Assembly: GCF_964204865.1 (NCBI RefSeq)
Contig: NC_135250.1
Location: forward strand, 4,774,001 to 4,838,000
DNA: 64,000 nt
From: Styela clava
Taxonomy: Eukaryota
Reading direction: 5' to 3'
The position numbers were made by a program, and so were the translations under genes. This document shows, piece after piece, positions 1 to 12,122 of the stretch. The notes under the pieces were generated by a model. The model had not been told where the DNA came from. It made no database searches and saw only the letters and a program-made list of their open reading frames with translations. Positions within the stretch are counted from its first letter, which is position 1. Each line of letters opens with the position of its first letter.

Positions 1-449
1 GTTACGCTACGTCCACTAGAAAAACGATATAGGTACAAAACTACAAGAGACCCAAGATTTTTATACTGCTGTAGTGCTGTACTGATAGGCTGCTGATGTA
101 CGCTGGTTATAGTTTGAGACTGTAAACCATGATAATAATGACCTTTTGTGAATTTTGAAAAGAAAAATAACCAAACATGTTCGCTAAGTCTTTAGCCAGC
201 AAAAAATATAAAAAATAATTTAGGATTTTACGCAATAACACGATAACATTCAATATTTATGTGCATATTCAATAACAACGTTAAAAGTTGTAAAAATACT
301 GAATTAATTAATAAAAGGACGAAGTACTGAAGTAATGTTTTTCTAAAAAAAGTTGGTTTGGCGCGGAAGGCAATTCGTTTAGTTGAAATCAAACCTACCC
401 AATATTCAACTGAGCAGTTATGACTCATGCCAAATAGGGTAGTCTATAG

Positions 450-652
450 GGTTCCATTACATTTGAACCCACGTACATTTGAACCCATGACAATTGCACC
501 TGTATGCTATTTCACCTATGAAATTTTTTTTGTTTCACGGATAGTTAAACCCATACTAACCCTAACCCATGGGTTTTAGCACCCGCATATAGATTGAACC
601 CGTGGATATACGCATGGGTTCAAATGTACATGGGTTCAAATGTACGGTCACC
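450..652. mobile_element. ~200-bp MITE (family C), GG..CC termini, 8-bp TSD; Merlin-like
   Basis: Imperfect TIRs ggttccattacatttgaaccc / gggttcaaatgtacggtcacc with a doubled tacatttgaaccc subterminal motif. Exact TSD gtctatag at 442-449 and 653-660. Internal ctaaccctaaccc. Second copy, inverted, at 30717-30910. Confidence 0.85.
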
Positions 653-1054
653 GTCTATAGCGTTCTGGGCGAGACAGACTTTGAGAATGACTAAAAAAAT
701 TTGGCTGTATTTTTATATCATATTTTTGTTTCGCAATATTCAAGCAGTTGTCTAATCTGCTTCTAACTTAAATTTTATGATTAGTAGCTTTGATTCAGAT
801 ATCAAATTATACTATTATTTCGTATGTTTATTAAGTTGTGGCCAAGTTTATACCCAATTGAGTTTCAGTCAACGGTTAAATCGTTATTCCCTGGGTTAGG
901 ATGACATCAAATTTTATTAAAGTGGACTCTTTTTTTTATCTTGTGTACAGTCTACTGGTTCTCACTTGGTAAATTTTATGTTTAATTGTGTTTCAGACAT
1001 CTACCAACATGTTGTGACATTTTTGTGTACAAAGTTAAACTAATAATTAATGAA

Positions 1055-2149
1055 ATGGATAAATCATCCTTAGGCTCTGCTGGGTCTTCTCCAGCTGGGA
1101 ATTTAATTCAAGTAAAAAGCAAATTTCTAGCTGAATTTCGACGATTTCATCTTGATCCAGAACAAGACAAATTTCAAGATTTACATCAAAGAATCGAATC
1201 ACTTCATCAAATTCATCACGTCGATTTTATTGTGACTTACACCGACCCACTTCATGGTGATTTGTTGCCAATAAATAACGATGAAAATTTTGCAAAAGCG
1301 AAAAAAACGTCAAATACTTTGCTAAGACTGTATATTCACAAACGAGAGACTTTTAACTTACAAAATGGTTTTGGCCAATCAACTGTTAGAAAAAAGAAAG
1401 GAAAAAAATTACCACCAATTATAAGTTATCCAGAAGATTTTCGTCCGGTTTCCGCAATCATCGATGTGGATATTCTACCAGAAACCTTACGTCGGGTGAG
1501 GCTTCATAAGCATGGTTCAGACAAGCCATTAGGGTTTTATATCCGCGACGGTGTGAGCTTACGTATGACGAATAACGGACTTGAAAAAGTGCCTGGAATT
1601 TTTATATCTAGATTAGTACAAGGTGGTCTGGCAGAAATGACTGGTTTATTAGCAGTCAATGATGAAGTCTTAGAAGTAAACAGCATCGAAGTGATGGGGA
1701 AAACGTTAGATCAGGTCACAGACATGATGGTGGCGAATAGTTCTAATTTGATTATCACCGTCAAGCCTGCAAGTATGAGAAATGCAGTCGCAGGGATAAA
1801 GCCGCCTTCTCGGGCTCGTTCTTACGACGATATTCCACGACATAGGCATGAAGAAGAATCCGACGATGATCAGGATGTTGTAAAAGATATCACTCCTGCA
1901 TCGAAGCATGACCAAAAACCAAAAAGCAACAGTGCACGACATCAAAACGAAAAGATTTATTCAATAAATACGACCCAACAAGGCAAAGAGCACTCTTCTC
2001 CTCAATCTGTACCTAATAAAACTGAAGCTTCAAATTCTACGCAACCGTCTCCAAAAAAGTCGCCGAGAGTTGGGCACAAACATGGTAGAGACTCAGTAAA
2101 GGCTAAACGTAGAAGCCAAATTAACACTCAAAATGATCTGACATTGTAG
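1055..2149 (+). CDS. par6: Partitioning defective protein 6 (PB1 + semi-CRIB + PDZ), single coding exon, ~364 aa
   Basis: PB1 ([12 protein letters not shown]...[18 protein letters not shown]), semi-CRIB ([22 protein letters not shown]) and PDZ ([21 protein letters not shown]...[21 protein letters not shown]) are hallmark Par-6 sequences. First in-frame ATG is at 1055, downstream of a splice acceptor tttcag ending at 996. The ORF-track start at 986 is a TTG. Confidence 0.96.
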   Translation: MDKSSLGSAGSSPAGNLIQVKSKFLAEFRRFHLDPEQDKFQDLHQRIESLHQIHHVDFIVTYTDPLHGDLLPINNDENFAKAKKTSNTLLRLYIHKRETFNLQNGFGQSTVRKKKGKKLPPIISYPEDFRPVSAIIDVDILPETLRRVRLHKHGSDKPLGFYIRDGVSLRMTNNGLEKVPGIFISRLVQGGLAEMTGLLAVNDEVLEVNSIEVMGKTLDQVTDMMVANSSNLIITVKPASMRNAVAGIKPPSRARSYDDIPRHRHEEESDDDQDVVKDITPASKHDQKPKSNSARHQNEKIYSINTTQQGKEHSSPQSVPNKTEASNSTQPSPKKSPRVGHKHGRDSVKAKRRSQINTQNDLTL

Positions 2150-3061
2150 GTATTTGCATCGCCGTATCATCCCATGTTATTTTGGGTAAATGTTTTGCCA
2201 AAACGGCTTTTTGCAATTTTTCCATTTTATTATGTTTATTATGATTATAATCCATAGGTAGCACGGATTCACTTACTTATACCAGTAATTTATTGGTTAC
2301 ATATATGTGTGGGAATAATTACAAAAAACCTAATTTTTGATCAATCATAAAAATTAATTGATTGGCTTTTTCAAAAATTCGAATTTCACTGAAAAATAGT
2401 TTTTCTCACGGTACATTCCCAGCAAATTATTAACTATAAGCCCAGTGTGCTCGCAATTAGGATGCAGATTGTATCATGCGTTGTGTGATTGAACATTTGA
2501 GGTTGACTTAAAAAATCATCAAGATGTATTATCAGCTTGAAAATAATTGCATAAACTGAGTATTCGCGATTATCCTCAACCAAATATTACAATTTGAAGT
2601 TGTCTTCACTCTTACTACAGCATTAGGATTAGGAGGAAGATGAGTAGTTGGTCCCACAGAAACCCAATAAATAGTAAATAATGGACAATACGAAATGATT
2701 TTGAAGAATTGATACAATCGTGTAGCGTCGTGTGTGGACTCTTTTAAATCTTTGTTGCTTCCCATTCCACAGTTGATAAATCCATAAGAGTGCGTTTTTT
2801 CTCTTTAAATTATTTGTAGTTTTTTTTTCAATTATCTTGACAAATATGGAATTCCACTTTATTATATTGTTTTGTAGGTGCTGAATTATCTATTCAAAGT
2901 GTTGTTATTCCTCTATAGACGTTTTGGCCAATATTTTATTCTACCAATTTTACTTAATTATCAAAATATATCACTCAATTTAAGCAAATAGGAGTTCCTC
3001 AAATCTCGGTTTATGAGCTCTATTTCAACCCCTGCTCATGCTAGATTTGCTGCTCAGATCT

Positions 3062-3275
3062 GGCGCTCCAGAAGTATGTGTACCAATATGGAGGTAACTA
3101 ATTTTGTTCGCCTACTTTACATCAAGTTGTGTAAAGGGACTGAAACTTATGGTAAGGGGTATATTCACTTGGCTAACACAAACCGTCCCCGAACTCGTAA
3201 TCGAACTAATAAAAGAAAAATCGGAATAAAATTATAGCCTAACCCCAACCTGGTACACATACTATGGGAGTATCC
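3062..3275 (+). mobile_element. ~210-bp MITE (family A), representative copy of the most abundant repeat
   Basis: Consensus ggcgctccagaagtatgtgtacca...cctaaccctaacctggtacacatactacgggagtacc. Flanked here by (c)agatct(g) on both sides. Other copies at approx. 3905-4113, 9767-9967(-), 15958-16171(-), 16257-16354 + 19784-19823 (split), 26761-26966, 35067-35286(-), 36293-36465(-), 37874-38071(-), 44014-44220(-), 45303-45516, 45705-45908(-), 46998-47210, 53089-53297(-), 54305-54524(-), 57140-57321. It explains the recurring short ORFs resembling MCTNMEVTNFV...GYIHLANTDSPRTRNRTK. Confidence 0.92.
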
Positions 3276-6200
3276 AGATCTGTTGTTGTCAAAATTGTAC
3301 TTCAAAATTAAATATCAAATTTTTTGGTTATAATTACCTTTCATAATTTTGTTATGTTGTTTCATTCGGTTTTTCTTCTTTTATTCCATTTTAATCATGG
3401 AAATTATAATAATAGTTTGGCTAAAGATTAATTGATTAAAATTTAGATTAAGCGTTGAGACAAAAAATTTCATAATCAAATTTCAAGTACCGGTATATTT
3501 TGGAAAAAAAGCTTTCATGTCAAATTTGAAGTATATTTCTAAATATTGACTCCCTCAACATGAATCATCATTAATGCAAGATTATTGAGAGTGGTAAAAT
3601 GTATAATTCCACATTAGCTAAAAATTATTTATCATTATTAGTGATTACAAAAAAAAGTAATTCAAACCTAATTAGCCGTTTGTTATCTACCTCAGTCATT
3701 AGCATTTTATTTTTCAAACAAATTGGAAAATTGCATTAAGTAAATAGGATTGCGTAGTGATTTAATAGTATTACATTATTATAATTCTGTGTGACCTTTA
3801 TAAGCAAGTTTCACATGATAGTTGCACATGTGTGTTGTATAAGCATGTGATCAGGTCTCTTAATTGAGTTTTCTAAATGACATCCATCTTTTATAAAGTA
3901 ATGGGTGCTCCAGATTCCAGAAGTATGTGTACCAATATGGGGGTAACTAATTTTGTTGGCCTACTTTACATCCAGGGACTGAAACCTATGGGCAGGGGGA
4001 ATATTCGCTTGGCTAGCACAGACAGTCCCCAAACTCGTAATAGAACTAAAAGAAGGAAAATCTGAATAAAATCATGGCCTAGTCATAACTTGGTACACAC
4101 TACGGGAGTACCAAATCATGTGCAGAGGTTGTATAAGAATTGTGGATTAGACAATAACAATTTTTACCAAATTTACGGACAGATCTGTCATGGTATGTCA
4201 AAATTTTGCTCAATTCATTATTGTGCTCGCGATTTCTTGGACATTTCTCAAAGTTTGTGTAAACCAACTATAGATATATGTTGGTGGCCAATGCCAAACT
4301 GATTACAGTTCTTTGAATATACAAATTGATATATATTCCAGGCAAATCATGTGTATATCTAAATTTTGACATAAGTTATATCAAATCGAAAATGGCAAAT
4401 TTGTCAATAAAAGCAATCAGATAAATAAATTTTTGAAAAATTAAGGATTTCAAATCTTATTTTTATCCAAAGTTTTCTGTCTACATAAAGATTCTTGAAA
4501 CTAATATAATTTTTATTTGTTCAAAAATATTCAAAACAAAGACTTATTAGCTTCAATAATCATGATTTTTGAGTGACTATAGATGTGAAAACCTTGCTTT
4601 ACTAACATATTTGATAGTAAGTATGACAATATGTTAAAGTTACAGTAAAACGCCTGTCTCAAGTGAATATTGATTTTTTTTGCCACTAATATTAGCCTGC
4701 TTTTTCGTTGCATTCTCAAACATTTTTTTTTTGTTTATTTGTGATGAAAATTACTTTATCTATATTAGTATTGAGAATGCTCTCATTTCTATTAACATTA
4801 ACTATTATTTGTTCATTAGGAAAATAGAGTGGTTTGAATATTGTTTAATTAACAGAAGTTTAAAAATTTTCAGCAAATTTATTTCCTGTAAGTTTTTGTT
4901 TTTCCCAATATTCCCTGACAGATATGACTTGAATCATTTCAGGTCTCCAGTCAACTACCATCTGCTAGTATTTGTATTACAAGAAATACCTATATCACAG
5001 CAGTAGAACCAAATCAACTTTGAAGTCACATTTTGAAGTGTTGAAAAAATGGCAGATTTTCATATCCTTGAAGCCAAACCTAAAATTGAGCGTATGGCAT
5101 TACCTAAAATCAAAACCAAAATGGCCCATAATGACAGAAGATAAAAATTTTAATACCTATTTTAGGTTTTGGTTATTTTCCAAGTATCACAGTTTTAGTT
5201 GTTCTAATTCTTTTAGGGTCACAATAAGTCTATATATCCATTTTCTTGATCGAAATGTTGGTCACATCACACGAACCTTTGCGAACCCAAAGTCCCACCA
5301 CTGGCAACAGAGTACATTACAATCCTAATAATGTTTCAATCTGATATGCAGTCAGTGGTCTGGCTTGCAAACATCACCCCTCAATGCAGATCAAACTTAC
5401 CCACTGGTTAGACCCCGTCTTTAGACAGTTCTTGAAACGCTTGTTAGTAATAAATTTTCATTACCATATCTCCAGTTTTGTCATTTTCACCAATATCATG
5501 TCACCTGTTATGGTACTTTTTATACGTAGGACTGAAAATAATTATATTTTCTGCTAATATTGTTTATTATTATTATTACTACTATTATACATAATGAAAT
5601 TTTTATTTAAACAAAAAACGTATTCTGCTGTAAAGTTTTTCTTATTGTATCATTGATTAACACTATTATGGTACTGACAAATGATTGATGCACGCCAATT
5701 TTGTTCATATCTTAGTAAAAATTAACATAATAATTTGAAAAAGCACTCAAATGATATGTTTAAAATGATCTTATTAACTGGGAACATATCAGCTTTAATT
5801 TGAAATCTATTGAGGGATTGCTTCTTAGGAAAAAAAATCTGTTTCTGTACAAATTCCCACTGTTAAATTTTTGAGGTGCTATCGTCTAACGGTTTACCCG
5901 AGCCACAAGTAATATATCAATCATGATAGATTTCTGGAATGGTATCACTTGTCTGGATTTCATATTGTAGTGTTCACCATCTTCACATATTCTGTCTATT
6001 TATATGAGAACAACATTTTTAGTTCAGTTTGAATATTCCAAACCGTGTCATTGTGCAAAAAAATTCACGAATGTAAAATGTCATGGAGAGAAGCCTTTCA
6101 AATTTGTGAATCATCAAATTATCGTTCTTTAAATAAGAATTTTCATTCAAATTTATTTTGTTGGACCACACTTAGCTTAAAAACAGCCAATACGATTCAT

Positions 6201-8647
6201 GTTTTCATGTTTCCAAATCCATTGATAGTCACATTTTGATGCTTAGACAAATTCAGTCCAAATGAAGTTTGTAATTTTCTGTATTAGAAAAAAAGCATTC
6301 TTGGTATATACAGTAATAAGCCAAAATTGTTTGCTTTGAAATAGGCCTACAGAATAGGTCCATTTAGATTATTTGAAATTCATTAAAAGTTGAAATCCGA
6401 ATTCTATAATATCATTAATTAGGGTATGGGTTTTCCTGATTTTTGATATCCAAACATTGCTATGGTATTCAGCACATTTTTGAATTGTAGTTCATATCAT
6501 TGCATAAGAAAAGTCTGAAATAGTCTGATTTTTATTGGCTAAAACAGCCTTCTAGAATTCACTTTAGATTTTCATTCTCGCATATATAAATTGTGTAATT
6601 CTGATGCATTTATAATTTGTTACCTACATCTATAATTGTGATTTTTCCTGTATATGACTAGAAAATTCAATCTACTCATTGTGCCTTCTCATGTGTGTGA
6701 ACATTTCCAGTCTTAAAATTCCTCTTACAGTATGTATTTTTTCGAGGCCACTTTGGTCTGCGATCTCACTTGCTTAACATGATCTCAACCGCATACCAAA
6801 TTGGTATTTGCCACTTTGGTATGTGTTTAATCTCATGAAGACACTCTCGCATAATTCAGTTCCTAACTAAAATCGCTTAGAGGACATAACACAGAAGAAC
6901 CCCTTTTTCTTATAGCAAGTTCACAACAATCTACTGAAAATGGAAATTGGTAATAACCACAAAAGTGCTAAAACCTACCCTGGAATATAGTGATATTTTG
7001 CAGTATGAAAACTATGGGATCAGCTGAACTGAATATCCTTCTGAAAGTAGATAACTTTATCTACCCCACAACCTTCGTAAGGCATATTAATTCACTCCAC
7101 ATAGGATATGTAGATTTTTGAGCAAAATTTGATTTAATGTTTTAGTTAGACATAGCCTGAAGTGCCTTGCATGCTGTCTGTTCTGCAAAATGGTTGAGAT
7201 GAAATTTTTCATATTATAAATTAACCCTACAAATTGCATTTAGACTATCATATCAAGCATTAGCGAGAGCAAAGGCAATTTTTTTTGTCCAATTTAGAAA
7301 TATTTAGAATTTGTTCCCAATTGGAGTAGATAATATATGTATTGTTCAAAGTTTTAGGATTTGCACCATATTCATTTGTAGTTGCCACCAGATTTCTGAT
7401 GCTGCAAGTCAGTATTACTTGCAAGAGCCCATCTATTTATCTTAAAAATATGTTCCAACTATGTATAAGAGTGGAATCCTAATTTTTTCTGTATAACTGT
7501 CCTCATTTCTATGAAATTCCCGGATAACCCTGATTATAAAATTACAACTTTTTCCGTGAATAAGAATTTTCAAAGTACTGGCTATTCTTGTTCCTATTCA
7601 TCATGATCAGATTTTATTTTATAGATAATCCAATCCGATGTTGATCGGCAATGAATATGTTTCATTATTATTGTTTACTTTTCTGTATTTTATTCCGTCT
7701 TGAAATAAATTTTTCGCACTTGTATATATAAAGGTGTTTCTGTGGTACTGACATTTTAACAAACTTCACATCCTTCCAAGTCAAGAACCTTGTAAGCATT
7801 TGTTTTGGTACTTGAATATGGTAATTTGAATGACATACCGGTAGGTACAAAGAAGATGACAACACAGGATAGAAAGTTTCAACGAGGTTTAGTAATGTGA
7901 CATAATTACACAGGCAATTGCAACTTGTGTGACAAAGAATATAGATGAAAAACAGATGAAATACTCTCTAATGGGGAATTAAGCTAGTGAGCATTGTGAT
8001 GATGAACGACTGTGCGGGATTAGTGGAAATACAAATAAAATTGTGATGAACGCGACTACATCTTAGCCAACCCACCTCCTTCCAAATGATATCGTTCAAC
8101 CATCCTAAGGCATGTTATGATTCGTACCGAAACCAAGACTGATTTCTCACAGAGCGATCACAAATTTTCTATGCATAACTGCCGGTAAATGTGGTGAAAA
8201 TTCCATCGATCTTGATCCGCTTTCGCGGTCGATTACGTGATGGTAACCCGCGGTGCGTATCAAAAGTTAAGATGCGAGAAATTCCAGCAAGATTGTACGC
8301 GAAGTTCACACACGTCGAGCGATTGTAACATCAACAATCCCTTGTATATAGTACCGGCGAGTACAGTATTAGCGCGATCGCGAATACGAGCGACGTGGAC
8401 CAATGACTAGGAATTTAAAATTCGAATTTTTATTTTTTTAGTATAAAATCATACATTGGTAACTTTTTTTAAAACTGTGAACCGTGACATATATGAAATA
8501 TGGCTCGACGGTGTGATGCATCGTGCTAAGCACTATATATATACTGGCTATATCATCCCGCGGGTTTTAATTGTGTTCCAGAGGGCTCTTTTTAACAATA
8601 CCCAGGCGCAGATTGAATCGCGCAGTAATAGCTCACGTATAGATTGG

Positions 8648-8805
8648 TATTTTATCTGAAGGGGTATTCGAAGGACAATGTGCAACGTAACATTCCATGA
8701 ACAATCGGTGAACTCAAAACTGCAATTACAGGAACAAAACGAAAAATTTCCATAGAGGAGTACGTATTGATTATTTTGCGCAACCGATGCACGTCTGTTT
8801 TTAAA
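8648..8805 (+). pseudogene. Decayed C-terminal fragment of a Tc1/mariner-superfamily transposase
   Basis: Reads FYLKGYSKDNVQRNIP*TIGELKTAITGTKRKISIEEY then, after a frameshift, IDYFAQPMHVC. This matches the FFLWGYLKxxVYxxxPxTIxELKxAI...IxxFxxRxxxC tail of Tc1/maT-type transposases. Confidence 0.6.
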
Positions 8806-11800
8806 TCCTAGTAGATGATTTTATATAAAGAAAGTCCGCCACCTTGGTTCATGTATTTCGGGAGTACCGAATATTTCCCGATTTAAATTTCGATACTAAT
8901 ATGAGTCGTTCCGCCACGCAGAGACTTATTTGCAAAGCATAGAACCGTTTTAAGTAGTAGGCAATGGGGTGAGTGAAGGTGCAAAAATTGATCAAACATT
9001 ACCATGCATAATGTGAGAATTGTTGCCATTCGTTAATATTATCTCGTTTGTACATCGAGATAAATCCAGCGGCCAGATTGGAATGCATTTGCTTTGCCAA
9101 TTTTTACCATCCACTAGAAGAGTACTGGATGTCCATAAAGTCCCGTTGCAGTTTCAATTTTGTAATGAAGTCAGATATCAACCATTTTTTATTTATTTTT
9201 TTTATCAGTATTTTTTACTTCGTTTAGTGAATCTGTGAGGGCCAAAACAATATACGGTATCGATAAATTCCCTTTGCAATTTTTAAAGAAAATCAAGACT
9301 TTAGGGACACCCTAAATTACCTTTTGTGCTTTCCTACTAAATGCATCTAAAACAATGAATCGCATTATAATTGCTGTCACTTATGTAAAGTTCATGACAC
9401 GCTGTATCATACATTTGCTTCAAGTAATATCAACCAACGAAATACGGGTCAGCATAAAAGTAACAGTTGGGTTTTTAACTGCGCAATAAAAATTTCCTTT
9501 GCCACATCAGCACCGGGAATTTTTTTAGCAAACCAGATGTGCAATTTATAGGTGTATATTTACAGTGACGTATTTGTAACACCGAAAGGTCGTCAGTAAT
9601 ATCAACAAAAAGCCGCCGCAAATAATACGGACATTCAAATTGAACCCACGCCAAAACGAACCTCAATCCATTAAATTCCCCAGCGAGGGAAAATACAGGA
9701 AATAATACTTTACATTTAATGTTTTCCCACTTTCACTATTCAGTAAATCAATATTATTGAGATACAGGTACTCCAGTAACCAGGTTAGTACCATAATTTT
9801 ATTCCGATTTTCCTTATTTTTGTTCTATTACGCGTTCGGGGACTGTCCGTGTTAGCCAAGTGAATATACCCCCTGCCCATGGGCTTCCATCCCTTGAGAC
9901 GATTTGATGTAAAGTAGGCGAACAAAACTATTTCCCTCCATATTGGTACACACACTTCTGGAGCGCCGAGATACGTACATGAATAATATTGATTGAACAA
10001 AAGGCAACATGGTTTTTATGCATATTCATGAAGGAATAGGAAGTTCCAAAAAAGGCGAAGGAGGAAATATAAAAAAAAGTTTGGGAACCACCGCTAGAGT
10101 GATTGAAACGTTGGACTAAATTGTGTTAGTATCGCACATTAATGCGCAATTTACTCATGGTATAATATATTTGGCGGACAATGCCTCCCAAAATATAGTA
10201 GCCCCCATCCTTATGTATGATTTGTCCTTTAATTTAGGGGGGCCTGATTAAAATAACTGGGTGACACCACGGTCCGCACCTTAACGTCTAGTAGTTGCGA
10301 ACACAAAAATTTTGGCTATTGATCTTGTGACATGCGTTGTTTTCACAAGCTAGCTGTTAAGGCATTGTAAAGTCAACGGCATAAATAAGTAATTGGATTC
10401 AAGTATAGTCTTCGCAATTCAAAGGGGTTGGAATTACATCAAATAAAAATTAAAAACTCGTTTCGTGGGCCACACATCATTCAAAATTGGCACTTCTCCG
10501 CGGGACTCCAATTTTTTCTTGGGGCCTCATTCGGGCCGCAGGTTACACACCCCTGCTTCTATTTACAGAAAAATTAAACAAAATGTACACAAAAAGTCAG
10601 AATTGTGTATCGAATAACACAAGAAAAATTGCAAAATAAAAATGGAATGGAATACGCAAATAGTCAAGAGTGGACATCAATTTACGTCATATCTTGTTAC
10701 ATCAATTCTCTCTTCACAAGCAACATGTCAGTCAACATAACGGGAATTTTGTTTCTTTGTCACACCACCAATGTGACATTGTGATGCTCTCATATTATTA
10801 CAGCGTTTTTTTCGAAATTTTAATTTCAAAATTTTTTAGGTTTGAAAGAGCGGTAGCAAAAATAACAGACGGTCTATAAAAAGGCCAGTTTGTCTGTTTA
10901 AATCACAACTAAGACACCGTATCGTCGTGGCTGTGACCGAAAAAAAATGTTGCAGACTCGAAAAAAAAAACATCAGACTGCGAAGACTTACAACTCTGAA
11001 GCGTGTGAATTTTTTTTTAGTTTCAACTGGAAAAATCTATTTTGACTCGTTTTTGTAAGTATGATATTCCGACCGTAGAAGTTTCAAATACGGCTCCGTT
11101 TTCGAGTCGCTCAATTAAAAATTATTTAATGCAATTGAAGGAAAATTTATCGAATATGCCTTTATTTATTTAATTTATTGAATATGCATATAATTCATAA
11201 TATGGGTGAGCGTTTTTGGATCAGAGGCCACCCACCCAGGCCATTTAAGTGTGAAGTTTCAGTTTATGAACAATATTCACAGTGTTACAAAGCATACAAA
11301 GAAATCGATAAGCCTCGTAGCAAAACTAAATTTAATCGCAATTTCAACAACTTTCTTGTGCTATTTTTGAGCTAATACATCCAAATTTGGTTTTAGTTTG
11401 GGTTGTGGCAGCACGAAACGGGCCAGATTGAATTACCTAGAAGGCCGGATTTGGCCCGCGGGTCGTAGTTTGCCCGTGTCAGGTATAGATGAAGAAACGA
11501 CAAAATAGTGAATGATTTAGATTCAAGCTTTAGGCAGGGTCGGGCGTTGAAATTTGAGTTCACAAACATGTAATACCATGCCTCATGACCGGGGCTGGGA
11601 ATTTTCGAATACCTGACGATTCCAGAATCGAATCGAATAATTTTTTCGAAACGAATCTCGAATACTTGTGAGATATGGAATTGTAGGTAATTTTCTTACT
11701 GTATTAGGTCCTACAGACACATAAATAACTGAAAACATAGAATACATTACACACAATAAAAATACGTTTACATCAACTCACTTGTGTTGAAATTATATGG

Positions 11801-12122
11801 CTTCAATAAAAAATAGAGAAATTTACCTCGACCATTGGCGAAAAGAACCAAAAAACAAGATGACGACGATTCAAAATTTTGCTCTGAACTGATTCGAATA
11901 ATTCACTATTCGATTCGAAATGCCCAGTCCCAATTATGGCAAACAATTCGGCAACGCGTCTATCCTTTCAATTCCAATATGAAATTGTTTTTTGATTTGA
12001 TAGTTCACAAACTATTTTGTAGCTTTGGTTTTGATATATACTTTCATTTTTATTTTAGTAAAATTACTTATTCAGCAAAATTACTTATTGTCACGTCGTT
12101 GCAAACTTCGGAGTCACTCAAA

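Noticed and set aside
550-575. Interstitial telomere or chromosome-fusion scar
   Set aside because: Only about two TTAGGG units occur, inside dispersed repeats, never as arrays.
7500-7565. NACHT/P-loop assignment for the decayed minus-strand frame (KVVIL*SGLSG)
   Set aside because: There is no GK[S/T] and no convincing Walker B; the similarity is too weak to call.
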